Positions 37,396 through 51,560 of a DNA stretch of 64,000 nt are shown in pieces. Made by a program: the position numbers and the translations under genes. Positions within the stretch are counted from its first letter, which is position 1. Every line of letters begins with the position of its first letter. Below the pieces are notes generated by a model. It did no database searches, was not told where the DNA came from, and saw only the letters and a program-made list of their open reading frames with translations. The DNA is from Octopus sinensis (Eukaryota): contig NC_042999.1 in assembly GCF_006345805.1 (NCBI RefSeq), forward strand, positions 13,144,001 to 13,208,000, written 5' to 3'.

Positions 37396-38874
37396 ATTGT
37401 TAAATGACTGTATTCTTGTCATTTTGTACATAACTTAAGGCGAAATCCCCGTTTAGAAGCATAAGCAACCATTCTAACCATTATTGTGGCTGGTTCTGTG
37501 TAAATTCTCAGCAATAACAGTTCCCAACATGAATTCATTTCCATTTTGGAATTGTCTTACAATGTTAACATATTTAGCAAAAGCAAAAACAAAAAAAAAT
37601 TCATTGTTTTAGATTTTGCCCTTTGAAATAATTATAAAATTTTGAAATCGTACCTGTCTAAGAAATAATTCTTTTTCTAATCAGTTTTGCCCCTTCATCC
37701 TTTCTAAGCATCTTCTCTCATCAATGTGTCAATTTGATTGACTATACATCTCTTCAGCCCATTTTCTGGCTTTTGTTCTACTCGAAGAAAACAGTATTAG
37801 TAGCGTACAGACAGTAGTAAAATGTGAGCTGTATTTAATGCCTTACAATACATACCTTTGTTCCTCTCTCTACCTAATTCAAAAATCAGGTAAAAGTTGA
37901 CCATTAATATCGCTTTTCAAGCTTTTAGGCTTGAAGAAATAAAATTTGTAATATTGTGGGATTGATTCAATCAGCTATACCTCAATTCCTATCGTTAACA
38001 TTAAACCATTTCATCCCTCATGCCTAACAACACACTGAATCGTTGTACAAATGGTATTGGATAAAATTTTACTGCTGCAGTCTGCCACCAGTCTCCATAG
38101 ATTTTGAGTTTAAATACAAATTGTTATCAGCATGAAGAGCAGTTATTTGATATCTTCTGGTTCACGGGTTGTGCATCTCACTAAATCCCTTGACAAAAAC
38201 ATTTAATCCTTCTTGTCATTTGGTTTCATATCTATTTAAAATATTCCTGGTGATTGCCATTCAGCCCCAGGTCAGCTCTGAACAAGCAGGCCTATGATCC
38301 AGCCATGACCATCCAATCTTTTGTCGATACATAGTGTATATACTGCTACATTATTCAATGTGTCCTTCCCGTTTTTAACACATAGGGTATGATTTGAGGG
38401 AGGTTTGGCTGTTATTTCTAGAAAGCTCTCTTGGTTCAAACAGATTCTTTTTTGGTTTTTTTATAAAGGCATAAGGCCAGATGCAAATTTGTGATTCATA
38501 TTATCAATTGTTTAACAACAAATACTTGACCAGTGCTTATTGTATTGTCATACGAAAAATAAAAGGTTGACAAAGCAGGATTTGAACTTGCAAAGTGGTA
38601 GGATAAAACTAAAGAAAATGAGAAATGAGATGCCAACTTTTCTGTTATTCCACCACCTATTTCAGAAATTATTTAGCTAGTTGATGGTAATAGCCACCAG
38701 TCTCTGATGGTTGAAGTAACTATAATTTAGTGAACTGAAGTTGTGATATCTGTAAGTCTTTCAGTGAAATTGTGACGACTGAAGTCTTTTTAATTGTTAT
38801 TTGTTTTGATAAATAAAGCGATTAGCAAAAGCAGAGTTTATGGTATTAAGTTATATTTGCTTTCAAGTAACACC

Positions 38875-39065
38875 TGGCATGTAAAAAGTGTCCACTACAC
38901 TCTCGGAGTGATTGGCATTAGGAAGGGCAGCTTTCAGCTGTAGAAACCTTGCCAGATCAGATTGGAGTTTGGTGCAGCTTTCCGGCTTGCCAGTCCTTAG
39001 TCAAACTGTCTAACCCATGCCTGCATGGAAAACAGACATTAAATGATGATGATGATGATGATGAT
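38875..39065 (+). mobile_element. RTE-clade LINE 3' end with (GAT)n tail
   Basis: ccactacactctcggagtg...acattaaatgatgatgatg. Confidence 0.8.
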
Positions 39066-39189
39066 AGGCAGGTAAATCTCAATTTAATAAAATCATCATT
39101 TACAATGTAAGGAAAAGAGATAAAACCTGTTATACAGCATGTAAATAAAACAGATTGTATAAGAATATTTATTATTATTATTATTATTA

Positions 39190-39900
39190 TTAAGGTGGTG
39201 AACTGGCAGAAATGTTAGCATGTTTGATGGAATGCTTAGTGGTATTTCATCTGTTGCTACGTTCTGAGTTCAAATTCCGCCGAGGTTGACTTTGCCTTCC
39301 ATCCTTTCGGGGTCTGTAAAATAAGTACCAGTTGAACACTGGGGTTGATGTAATCAACTCATTCCCATCTTTCCCAAGCTGCCTTTGTGCCAAAAAAATT
39401 TGAAATAATAATAATAATAATAATAATTATTATTATTATTATTATTGACCCCAATAATAATTTGAATATTATTATTGTATAAGGTGGCGAGCTGGCAGAG
39501 TCGTTTCACGCCGGGTGAAATGCTTAGTGGTATTTCATCTGCCACTATGTTCTGAGTTCAAAGTCCACTGAAGCCAACTTTGCCTTTCATCCTTCCAAGG
39601 TTGATAAAGTACCATTTGAGTACTGGGGTCGATTTAATCAACTTAACCCCTTCCCCAAAATTCAAGACTTGTGCCTATAGTAGAAAGGGTTATTATTATT
39701 ATATAAGGTGGCAAGCTGTCAGAAAAAATATGTCTAGTGACATTTCTAGTTTTTCATGTTTTGAGTTCAAATCCTGCTGAGGTCAGCTTTGCTTTTCATC
39801 CTTTCAAGGTCAATAAAATAAGCCACCAGTCAAGTACTGGGGTCGATGGTATCAATTAATCCATCCCCTCAAAATTGCTGGCCTTGTGCCAAAATTTGAA
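39190..39900 (+). mobile_element. Three tandem SINE-A alt-tail copies in (AAT)/(ATT)n
   Basis: Heads at ~39192, ~39480, ~39705. Confidence 0.8.
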
Positions 39901-40954
39901 GCCATTGTTATCATTGTTATTATTATCGTTATTATTATTATCGTTATTATTATTATTATTATTATTATCGTTATTATTATTATTATATTATTATTATTAT
40001 TATTATTCATGAATAGGAAAAGAGGTGGTGGATAGCAGAATGAATGAGGCACTGTTGAAGATGCCACACAGTGTCACCTTTGTCTTTCATCCTTCAGGAG
40101 TTGATAAAATAATTACCATTCTAGTACCAGGGTAGATTTAATCCACCCTACACATATGAGGCCTTGTGCCAAAGTCAGATAGTCAACTTCACATCTCATA
40201 CATCTGGAAACAGTGGGATAAAGTACCAGTAATATGCTGCGGTCTATTTAATCGCAGGTACTCATTCTCCACTACCACCACCACCACCCTACCAATTTCA
40301 GGCTTTGTGCCTACCTTAGAACTAATTAATTTTGAATTAATGAAAATTAATAATAAAATAATAATAATGAAATTATTGTTTACAGTGCTCAGGTGCACCA
40401 GAATTAATTAATAAATGTATAATTAATAAATGATTTCACTTAATACATTTAATGTATAATTATAATTATATCAGGTGAAAAACTGTGTTGAAACAGGTAA
40501 AGATTAAGCTCAGCTCCCCACCTAGCAAGCTGAATCTGTAATACATTTTTCGATATCTTGTTTGAAACCAATTGCTTTCCCTCAAATCCTCAAAAATCCT
40601 TTAGAAAGTCATAAATATTTACTGATTTAAAGGTTCTGCCAATCTTCAGAATATCAGGTCTTTGTGATTAATGAATAAATAAAATGACTAAAGATTCACT
40701 AAAAGAATTTGAAAATGGAAAATAAATTAAAGACGAAACAGAATGAAATCTATATTATGCTGATTGTTACATGTTTATATTTTTTTAAACGAGTGATGAT
40801 ATCAATTAAATTTTTTTTTTCTGGAATATGATTTTCATCTCTTGTGTTTCTGTGTTCTTCTGATAAGATCTAAACCATCTTCTAGCTATACCTGTCATCT
40901 TCATGTGGCTCATTTTCTAGTTACATACGCACACATATATGGGTACTTTAGTAC

Positions 40955-40996
<42 letters not shown>

Positions 40997-41107
40997 CAGT
41001 TGAGATACACACATATATTTATATTTATATATCATATATATATATACCAGTTGAGATACACACACACATATACATATATCAGTTGAGATACACACATATA
41101 TATATAT

Positions 41108-41147
<40 letters not shown>

Positions 41148-41224
41148 TAGAAAAAACCCACCTTTTATCAATTCAATAATGAAATATTAAATTATACCAT
41201 CTAATTTGGAATAATATTCCCTCA

Positions 41225-41255
<31 letters not shown>

Positions 41256-41358
41256 TATATACACACACACATATATACACCACACACACATTTATACACA
41301 AATATGCATGTGTGTAACCCATGCTAGCATGGAAAGTAGATGTTAAATGATAATGATG

Positions 41359-41466
<108 letters not shown>

Positions 41467-41890
41467 GAAAAAAGATTAGAGATCTATACAAAGCAAATTT
41501 TTATATATAAAAGATGGAGGTGGAAATAGCACAGAAGTAAGTCTAAGACATTTCAAGCTAAGAAGGAATTTAATAAGAACGATTTTTAAAATTATACAAA
41601 GAAAATATCATCTTATCAAATATGATATTTGATAAGATGAGATTCATCATCAAAACCGCTATTATTTTCTTTATATGATTTAAATAATTTTTAATAAATT
41701 CCCTCTTAAATTGAAATGTCTCAGACTCACTTCTGTGGTATTTCCATGTCCATCTTATATATATATATGTACACATACATGTACACTGACATATATGGAC
41801 ATGTATTGTTGTATATATATGCATATGTGAAAATGTGTGTGTATAGTAATAGAAGTATGCATAACTTTGTGTGTGTGTTTGACTATATTG

Positions 41891-41928
<38 letters not shown>

Positions 41929-42699
41929 TCACACACACACACACATATATATTGGGACTATGAGTTACAAGAACTCAGGATAAAATATGTCAACTTGTTT
42001 GAGGAAAGTATGACTTAATGAAAGTGTTCAATGAACAATTATAACTTACAAATAACTCAGGGCTGTAACATATAAGTAAAGGGAAGAAATAACAAATTTA
42101 AAGGAAACACATGAACTGTTTTTAAGCATCTTCTTTCCAACAAAATTTTTGTAACTAGTCACTCCATCATCTAGTGTCAAAAAAAACTATGTTTCTTATA
42201 ACAAGTAAATATGTAGCAAATGGTCATGTGGGATTGAATATTAAAATAGTTGGGATTGACAAATGCACTGAAATGAGAGGGTTTATACGTAACTAAATTG
42301 ATATCCTCTTTTGAGGCTGTGAATAGCATGAGAAATGCTCAATCTGAAATTCGTATTATCTATGTGGTAATTCAACTCGCAAGAATGCATAAGAGAGTAC
42401 ATCTCTCCTTGATAAGTAAAAGTTAACTCACTGACAGAGTTCAATGGTAATTGTAAACTTCTTGGGGCAATGATATGAATCTGAAGTGAAGACAGAATAT
42501 GAAATGAAAGAAAAAAATGCTCTGATATATTATTTCAAGGAAATATGTGTACTATTCACTTATTTATTTTTTTTTTGTGAGAGATTTTCGTTGTTGTGGT
42601 TAGCCACATAACAAAGGCATATTGGAAAGGCAATATTCCCAGTGAACGATGAACATAATTTAGTCAGTCAATGTGACTGACATGGATAAATGTACCAAA

Positions 42700-43430
42700 A
42701 CAAGTGGTATATATAAATGTACATGTGTATGTGTGTGTATGTATATCCACACATACATATATAATTGTACATATCTTTGTGTATGTATATATATGTATAT
42801 ATGTATATATACACATATATATGTATGCATTTAATATATATGTATATATGTGTGTATATGTATGTGCAAATGTATACATATATATACATATGTATATGTA
42901 CTTATGTATATGTACATATATGTATGTGCATATGTGTATGTACATACATGCACATGTATATGTAGGTATATGCATATATATTCATACATGTGCATTTTAT
43001 GTGTATATATATGCATACATGTATGTATATATGCATAAATTTACATGTATCTATATGTACATATGTTTGTGTATATATATATGTATATATGTTTATATAT
43101 GTATATAAGATATGTATATATGTTTGTAAGTTATGTATATATGTGTATAAGGTATGTATGTATATATGTGTATGAATATATATATGTATGTATGCTTGTG
43201 TGTATATATACATATGTCTATGTATGTATATATGTGAATGTATATATGCTATATATGTATATATATTGATGTATATTTATATGCATATATGTCTATGTAT
43301 ACACGTAAATACATTTCAGTGTATATATATATATATAAATCTATATGTATGTATATATGTGTATGTATATGTACATATATATGCATTCATTATGTGTGTA
43401 TATATATATACATATATATATACAATATGA
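42700..43430. repeat. Long degenerate (TA)/(TG)/(TATG) microsatellite
   Basis: Direct inspection. Confidence 0.95.
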
Positions 43431-43868
43431 AACTCTCTAAAATGCTGGATGTCTTTCACTAAATGAGCTTCAGGAAAATCTTGACAGTTTTCTACAATTA
43501 TTATATCAAAAAACTATGAGTATTACAAAAGGTGTAAGTGACTGGTCATACTGCAGCAACCAGATTGGAAGTATGCAAATAGAGCATTACGATGATCACC
43601 AGAGAAGAAACATTGACGATGGTGAGTAGCCAAGGAATGTTATACTTCTTGGGAAGACACAAAGCGCAAGAAAAGAGATATTTGGCAAATACAGAATCTG
43701 CAACCCATCTTAAACATTGGAGAATCATCAGCTGATGTACAAGCATACATGGGATGGAGTGACTGACTTTAAGTAATATATTAATTACATGAAACATATA
43801 TACACCTATACACACACACGCACACACACAAATGATAGAAAATGGAATCAATAACGTTCTTTATTTAA

Positions 43869-43976
43869 AATCACTACAATCGTTTCAATACATTCTTATA
43901 CCATTATTACATAGATGAGATGTTGTGTAATCATCATCTTGCATCCAAGGTGTAAAATGTGCCTCCTCAGGTGATT
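43869..43976 (-). ncRNA. Type I hammerhead motif with extended (77 nt) stem II
   Basis: aatcac-CTGAGGA-[ggcacatt...aatgtatt]-GAAA-c gatt g-TA-gtgatt; perfect 6 bp stem I; AATAAA just downstream on the same strand. Confidence 0.55.
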
Positions 43977-44898
43977 GTTTAAATAAGTTCTTCATTAGAT
44001 TCCTAATATATATATATCTCACAATAGGCATATATAAATATATATATGTATATATAATATATAATATATATATATACACACATCTATTTCACCTGAGGCA
44101 TATATAAATATATTTATGTATACAATATATATATGTTTATAATATATATATATATATATATATTATATAAACATACACATACACAATGGTTTTTTTTTTT
44201 GGTTTTCCTCTAAATCCACTCACAAGGCTTTTATCAGTCCTGAGGTTGCAGTAGAAGACACCCTGGTTGCCACAAAGTTGGATTGAACCTGAAACTTCTT
44301 GGTTAAAGAAATTCAATCTTAACCACTCGGCCACCGATGTGTGTGTGTGTGAAAGTGTGTTTCATGTACAATTACTTATATATTATCATTTTTTTTTTAC
44401 TTGTTTCACTCATTTGAATCTGGCCATGCTGGGGCATTACTTTGAAGTCTAGTATATCAATCACTGTTTGTTGAACTGGTAAGACACTGGATATAAAGAG
44501 CACAAAAGTGACAATACCATCTTTAAATGGGTGTAAGCATAAACACAGACAAATATATACATGTGAGTGTATTTATGTATCTATGTATGTATGTGTTTGT
44601 ATACATATATTAAGTGTATGTATTTTTATATATATATATATATATATATGTATATAATGTTTGTATTTGTATGTTATATATATGATTGTATAAGTATATA
44701 ACATGTATGTATATAATAAATTACAATTGACTCAGAACTTTTAGTCATGAGGTAATGTATTAAACTGTTTTTAAGTACATGTAACTTCAACTAAATGTAT
44801 TGAGTGCTACTTTCCTTCATTTGGTCTCTTACTTGTAATATATGTGTGCATCATATATATATATATGTATTATATATATATATATATATATATATAGT

Positions 44899-45274
44899 GG
44901 AAGTGCAATGGCCCAGTGTTTAGGGTGGTGGACTCGCGGTTGTAGGATTGCAGTTTTGATTCCAGACTGGACATTGTGAGTGTTTATTGAGAAAAATGCC
45001 AAAAGCACCACAAGGCTCTGGCAGGGGGTGGTGACAAACCCTGCTGTACTCTTTCACCACAACTTTCTCTCACTCTTTCTTCCTGTTTCTGTTGTACCTG
45101 TATTTCAAAGGGCCAGCCTTGTCACACTCTGTGTCACACTGAATCTTCCCAAGAACTACGTTAAGGGTACACATGTCTGTGGAGTGCTCAGCCACTTGCA
45201 CGTTAATTTCACGAGCAGGCTGTTCTGTTGATGAGATCAACTGGAACCCTCGTCATCATAACTGACAGAGTGCC
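44899..45274 (+). mobile_element. SINE-C, full length
   Basis: tRNA-like head gcaatggcccagtgtttagggtggtggactcgcgg..., tail ...actggaaccctcgtcatcataactgacagagtgcc. Confidence 0.85.
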
Positions 45275-45278
45275 ACAA

Positions 45279-45462
45279 TATATATAAAATATGAATTAGA
45301 GATAAAACCACTATTATGCAACTCAAACAGTGATAGACATAAACCAATACATAAATAACAAATAATATATATATATAATTTGTTAGTTATGCATTGGTTT
45401 ATGTCTATCACTGTTTGAGTTGCATAATAGTGTTTTTATCTCTAATTCATATTTTATATATA
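45279..45462. repeat. Foldback, ~85 bp arms around a (TA)n loop
   Basis: tatataaaatatgaattagagataaaaccactattatgcaactc... and its reverse complement; related sequence at ~60060-60150. Confidence 0.88.
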
Positions 45463-45540
45463 TACTGTGAAATTTGATTTAATACTAAATTGAATTTTTC
45501 CCTGTAAGTTTGGAGTTATACCCCCTAATATTATTATTAT

Positions 45541-45592
<52 letters not shown>

Positions 45593-46257
45593 ATATATAT
45601 ATATATATATGTGTGTGTGTATGCTGGGTTTCTGCACTGTCTCCATCTGACAAGTTCCACTCACTAATCATTCATCAATTTATGGCTACAATAGTATTGT
45701 AGACAACAACTGCCCTCTGTGCAATGCAACTTGTCTGAAACTGAGGCTGGGACCACAGAATTCCAAAGGAAACCATGTAGCCACAATTATATACACTTCA
45801 TCTATACTATATATGTATGTATATATAACATTACACACAAAAACTGAGGTTTATATGTGTATAAAACTATACATATTTATGCTTCTGTGTGTATGTGTTC
45901 CTCTCTATTTTATGTATATCTAATTTTTTTTAAAATTAAGTTTCTTTCTGTGAAATTCTTAGACGCGAAACACATTGTGAACATATTGGAAATAATTTTA
46001 CTTTCATAATAATAATAATAATGAAAATACATATTGATTTACATCTGATGGTCACACTCTTTTATTTAAACCAGAATGAGACAAAAGAAAAAACAAGAAG
46101 CAATACTGTACAACTGTTAATTTTTGTTGTTTTTATTATTATCTACTAGCAGAACTCAGTGAATTTACAAAATTGGTCTTTTAGTCACATCTCTTTACTT
46201 TCTGAATTCCAGTCCTGCCGAAGATACCTTTGCTTTTTTTCCTTCTGAGGGCATTAA

Positions 46258-46480
46258 CCCTTTTGATACCAACCCGGCTGAAACCGCCTCTGGCTCTGTA
46301 GTACAAATGTCTTGATTTCATAAGTTTTGAATTAAAATCTTCCACCAAACCTTAGTCACAATTTATGTTCCTTAACACTAGTTTAATGATAACTCAGTTA
46401 TTTTATTAAATTCTTTGTTATTTTAAAAATTAATTGAAAGAAACACAGAGAATCTCAAAATATATACGGTAATGAAAGGG
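46258..46480. mobile_element. piggyBac-type non-autonomous element
   Basis: TTAA (46254-46257)|CCCTTTTGATACC...GGTAATGAAAGGG|TTAA (46481-46484). Confidence 0.88.
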
Positions 46481-46859
46481 TTAAAATTGAGTTATTAAGG
46501 TTGATTAAATCGACCATACTGTTTATTTAAAGTTTGTGGCATTGCGCCTGTGGTAAAATAAAATAAAAACATTGTTGATGTTGTAAGAATTTAGAAATTT
46601 TTGAGAGAACGTGAAATAATAATTTTTTTGGAATGTTGAATCTTGAAGCAGATAAAGCTATAAATAGTAGCATGTAACTATTGTGTTGTGGAACTGAGAC
46701 CCACATCTTTACGTATAACAAGGCGTGAACCCATTCCTGTCATGTTTGCAGGAGACGCGAGCTCAGGTCTCATGAGCAGTGTTCAACTTTTCCTATCCAA
46801 AGGGCATTTTTGCCCAATATTTATATGCTATTATCTATAGCTCTATCTACTTCAAGTGA

Positions 46860-47195
46860 AGGCGCATGGCTCAGGGGTTAGAGCGTCGAGCTTACGATTG
46901 TGAGGTTGTGAGTTCGAATCCCGTACCAGGCTGCATGTTGTGTTCTTGAGCAAGACTCTTTACTTCACGTTGCTCCAGTTCACTCACCTGTAGAAATGAG
47001 TGGCGATGTCACAGGTGCCAAGCTGTATCGGCCTTTGCCTTTCCCTTGGATAACACTGGTGGCATGGATAGGGGAGACCGGTATGCATGGGCGACTGCTG
47101 GTCTTCCATAAACAACCTTGCCTGGACTTGTCCCTCGGAGGATAACTTTCCAGGTGCAATCCCATGGTCATTCATGACCGAGGGGTGGGGGTCTC
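46860..47195 (+). mobile_element. tRNA/CORE-like headed SINE with another distinct tail
   Basis: ggcgcatggctcaggggttagagcg...gttcgaatccc...ttcttgagcaag; tail fragment also at ~28712-28775 (-). Confidence 0.75.
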
Positions 47196-49019
47196 AGAAT
47201 CTGCTTCAAGATTCACCATTCCAAAATAAAAAAAGAAGCAAATGTTATTATTTAAAGTGGTGAACTAGCGAAAATGAAAGAATGCAAAATGCCTTGTGAT
47301 ATTAAGCTACATTCCTTTACATTCTGAATTGAAATCCCATAGGGAGTCAACTTTACCTTTCATTATTTCGGAGTTGATAAAATAAGTACCAGTCATGTAC
47401 TGGGATTGATATTTAACCATTCAAGTAAATAAAAACAAATATAAGCAGTGAGAATGAAGGAAACTAATGATGATCTGTGTTGGTAAAATGCAGCTTATGA
47501 AATTGTATTTTATGAATTAAGATCAATTAAACCTTCTATCGTTAACACATGGCTGCAAAATGTGAATCCTCGTGAAAATGGTAGAATTAAGATTATTACC
47601 AGCTATACTCATAAATAAGTTAGTTTTTTTTACTTAAAAATAAAAGGAAAATACAGACATAGGAAAGCACACAAGTGTATAAATATGCCACATGTGTATC
47701 ATCACTATTTTTATGCCCACCTTTCTACTCTAACGTGAAACAAATGGAGTTTATTGAGACAGATTTTCTACAACTGGATGCTCTCACTATCACCAACTCT
47801 TGCTTGTTTCCAAGTAAGGTAATATTTCTCCATGGTCAGACTTGTTTTCACAGAATATAGAAAACGGTTAATGACATCTTTTACTACAGTCTCAGGATGT
47901 GAAGACAAGGAGACAGAAACATGTGCACACTCACATATATATATATATATATACAACAGGCTTCTTTCAGTTTCCACCTACTAAATGCACTCGTGAGCCT
48001 TTCGTCAGCCCAGGGCTATAGTAGAAAACATTTGTCCAAGTGAGACTGAACCCAGACCCATGTGGTTGGGAAGCAAACTTCATACTATGCAGTCACACAT
48101 GAGTGAGTGTGTGTATGTAAATATATATATGTGTGTGTGTGTGTCTGTGTGTGCAAAGGTGCATGGCTTGGTGGTTATAGCATTGCACTTACAATCTAGC
48201 AATCATGGGTTCAATTCCCAGGCCAAGCAGTGTGTTGTGCTCTTGACCAAAATGCTTCATTTCACATTGCTCCAGTCCGCTCAGCTGTAAATGAGTAACT
48301 ATGTGGTGGACTAGCATCCCATCCAGGAGAAATGTTGTGATCTCAGTCACTTTACTCCATAGAAACTGGGTAAGCAGCCTTGTGAATCCTAGGACTCCTG
48401 ACATAATATCCAGGGGTTGATGATGATGATGATGAAAGGCTGAAGCTAAAATATTATTAATTCAAACACGACTTATATATGAGTATATACATGGTATTAA
48501 TATTTCATTATGATCAATTGACGAAACATTAGTATCAGACGAAAATGCCTTATATTATTTAGAATATTTACCTTTATGTTGTGGTTTCAAATCTTGCCAA
48601 AGTTGACTTTGTCTTTTGACACATCCGGGTTTAATAAATATGTACCAATTCATTATAGAATGTCTTCAATTGCATGTTTTGGGGATTTCTGCTTGTGAAG
48701 AAATCCTCACATAAGCAGAAATCCTACATGTTTGTCGGCATTGGAACAGATGACTCTGTCAACCTCAGTATGTGATTGGTACTTGTCTTATTGACCCTGG
48801 GAGGACGGAAAGCACAATCGGGATTTAAACAACAACAACAATAATAAAAATAATAATAATAATCATAATTATAATGTATTGGTGAGTAAGTTTGCACTTT
48901 ATTTTCACTTCTCAGTTGGAAATGCTTCAATTATGTTACCAATATATCTTTGGGAAACTCATGAACATCGCAACATCTCAATTCTTGTTGCGCATAAACT
49001 TGATGATTCATGTCATTAT

Positions 49020-49579
49020 TATTGTTGAGTGAGAGAGCAGTGCATGCCATCAAAGTGACACTGGGGTAAATTATACGAAGCCCAATATACCCATCATGAT
49101 TACCCATCTGATAAGGGTACACTAGGCACATGCATCACAACCATATGTGCACAACATGGTGATCTCATATCAAGATAAACAGCACATAACCTTGCAGGTG
49201 GGGGCCCAGTTAGAATTTTCTTCTGGTCAAGTAACCCATCCCGCTCAAAAGGTCCCTGAATAAGGGTTGTTTAAGGATGTTGAATGAAACACCCATGTTT
49301 CCAGAGGTGAATTATTCAAACCCCAAAGAATCCCTCTCAACACATGACTATGATGCCCCACACTACTTCTGCTCGTGATCAGAGATGCACATATCGTCAG
49401 CCACTAAGGGACATGGTCAACTGATTAAGGTCAAACGACTGACAAGCAAATCTGTGGAACTGAGTAGAATATTTGCTGTAGCCCATCTTTTATTATAAGA
49501 CAAAACAATATACATGATAACACTTCCAACCAGTTAAGATCAGAAGCCAGGAGAGCCACTGTCTGGTATTGCATCAGGG

Positions 49580-49615
<36 letters not shown>
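49020..49615 (+). mobile_element. Unclassified retroelement 3' region ending in (ATT)n
   Basis: Homologous to 11730-12075; (ATT) runs on both sides. Confidence 0.7.
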
Positions 49616-49618
<3 letters not shown>

Positions 49619-51129
49619 GTATGTTGTAGTGTAGTAGTGATAACTTTTTTGGCCTACCAAATCCATGACCCATATTTAATTTCCTGGTCAAAACTTTATT
49701 TTTTACCAACATTGCTATTGCCATTCAGCTAGAGAAATGGATTTGTTTCTTTCAGTTCGTTTGAAAAGTTCCACTCATTAATTTATGGTTGAATGCTGAG
49801 CCATTCCCAGGGCATTGAACTATAAAAATAATTGTTCCAACACAATATATTCTGATCAATCACACATGGAAAAATTCATTGTAAATAACCAAGTATATAT
49901 ATGGAGATATATAGCAGTTAAAATACTCTTCTACTGCCATAAGATATGGCAGTAGAATAGTATTTTAGCTGCTATTTCTAAATTTCGGTATGTGGTGAAG
50001 CAAATTTTGCTGAACCCTAATTATAATTATGCTGACAATTATAGAATTTTTGTATAAGGTTACCGATAATGGTTCTTTTAACATACCGAACTATATGGTA
50101 AAATTATTAATCATTAATTGATTAATTAATTTCATCTTTTATTATTAGAGATATGTAGATAGATGTATGATATAAAACCATATATACCAGGAATGGCATT
50201 GAACATTTTGGGGATCTTCTGCTTGTGCTTAAGGTCATGGTGCTCCCACATTCCTGAGCCTGCAACCCATATTTGCACTGGATATCTACCCTAGCTTTGT
50301 CTTTGAATCATGTCACTAGGGGGCAGAGGATCTACGAAGTGCTGTGCAAGCCTTATTGGACCTAAAATTTTAGATTGAGCAAAATCCAGCAGGACAGCTA
50401 TCTGATGCCTTGTCAAATAGGAAGGCGCCGTGGTAAGCATGGAGTCTGCAGACGCAAACCCAAGTGAAGCTGACTGCTGGTGTAACAGCCTAATACACAA
50501 GTATTGCTGGTATTTTGCATGGGCAATGATCAGTGAAGGTCTTTCTTGGTCATGAGTAAACAACCATCATATCATTTGTATGCATTTATAATAATGACAA
50601 TAATAATAATAATAATAATAATAATGATGATGATGTAACGAGTGGAGCTTATGGCATTATATTTAATCCATGGTTTACAATTGTTTCAACAGCTTACAGA
50701 TGACCACTGAAACATCATGACTATAGGTATGGATGGTAGGGATGACTTAGTGTTTTGTATTATGCAATGGATATTACATAACAGCACCAGAAGTCATTTA
50801 ACCATAACCAATCAGAGAAATATATTTTCATTGCATTTTAATTTAAATGGCATCTTGAAAATACAATATGTATAAAACTTATATGATCGAGTTGGAACTT
50901 AAAAGCTGAGAGTATAAGAAACCAAACAACAAAATTGTAGGTCTTGTGATCAAATTCACTTCAGGAGTTTTGTTGTGTACTTAGAGAAAAAAAAACCCAG
51001 TAAAATAATTAGATAAATGCAAAACTACTAAATTTATATATTCTTGTTTATCTAGCTAATTAGATGTTGTGATAGAATTGTCTCTGATTTGGGAAGCAGA
51101 TGTATTTTTAATCTGCTTGAGACCAAAGT

Positions 51130-51560
51130 TAAATGCTAGTTCTTATGGTTCTTTGTAATCTATGAAAGGATATTTTAAATTCTAACATTTTAAAAAATTG
51201 ATCAAGATGAAATGGTTGAGTGGATAAAAACAAATTGACTTATGAATCTGTAGATCATGAGTTCAAATGTATCACTAGTTGTTATGGATCTTTGTAATCT
51301 GTGGGAGAGGTTTTCAATTTTAGTTTTTTTTTAAAACTAAAGATTACAATGAAATAGTTGAGTGGGTAAAATATTGGCCTAATAATTTATAAATCGCAAG
51401 TTCAAATCTGTTGTTAGTTGTCAAGGATCTTTGTTATCTATGAGATTTTTCTTGAATTAAAATTTTTTTTTAATTAAAAATCATGATGAAATGGTTGAGT
51501 GGATAAAATATTGGCCTGTTAATTAATAGATCACAGGTTCAAATCTATTGCAAGAATTTC
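51130..51560 (+). repeat. ~140 bp degenerate tandem repeat with tRNA-like A/B boxes (about 3 units)
   Basis: gatgaaatggttgagtggataa at 51206, 51348, 51485, each followed by gttcaaat. Confidence 0.7.

Noticed and set aside
40996-41095. Three copies of cagttgagatacac as an E-box cluster
   Set aside because: They are embedded in (TA)/(CA) slippage sequence and best explained as local duplication.
41608-41640. 33 nt perfect palindrome tcatcttatcaaatat-g-atatttgataagatga
   Set aside because: It is real, but too short and AT-rich to assign any function.
50291-50563. 90 aa minus-strand ORF as a gene
   Set aside because: No recognisable motif or splice context; at most a decayed LINE.
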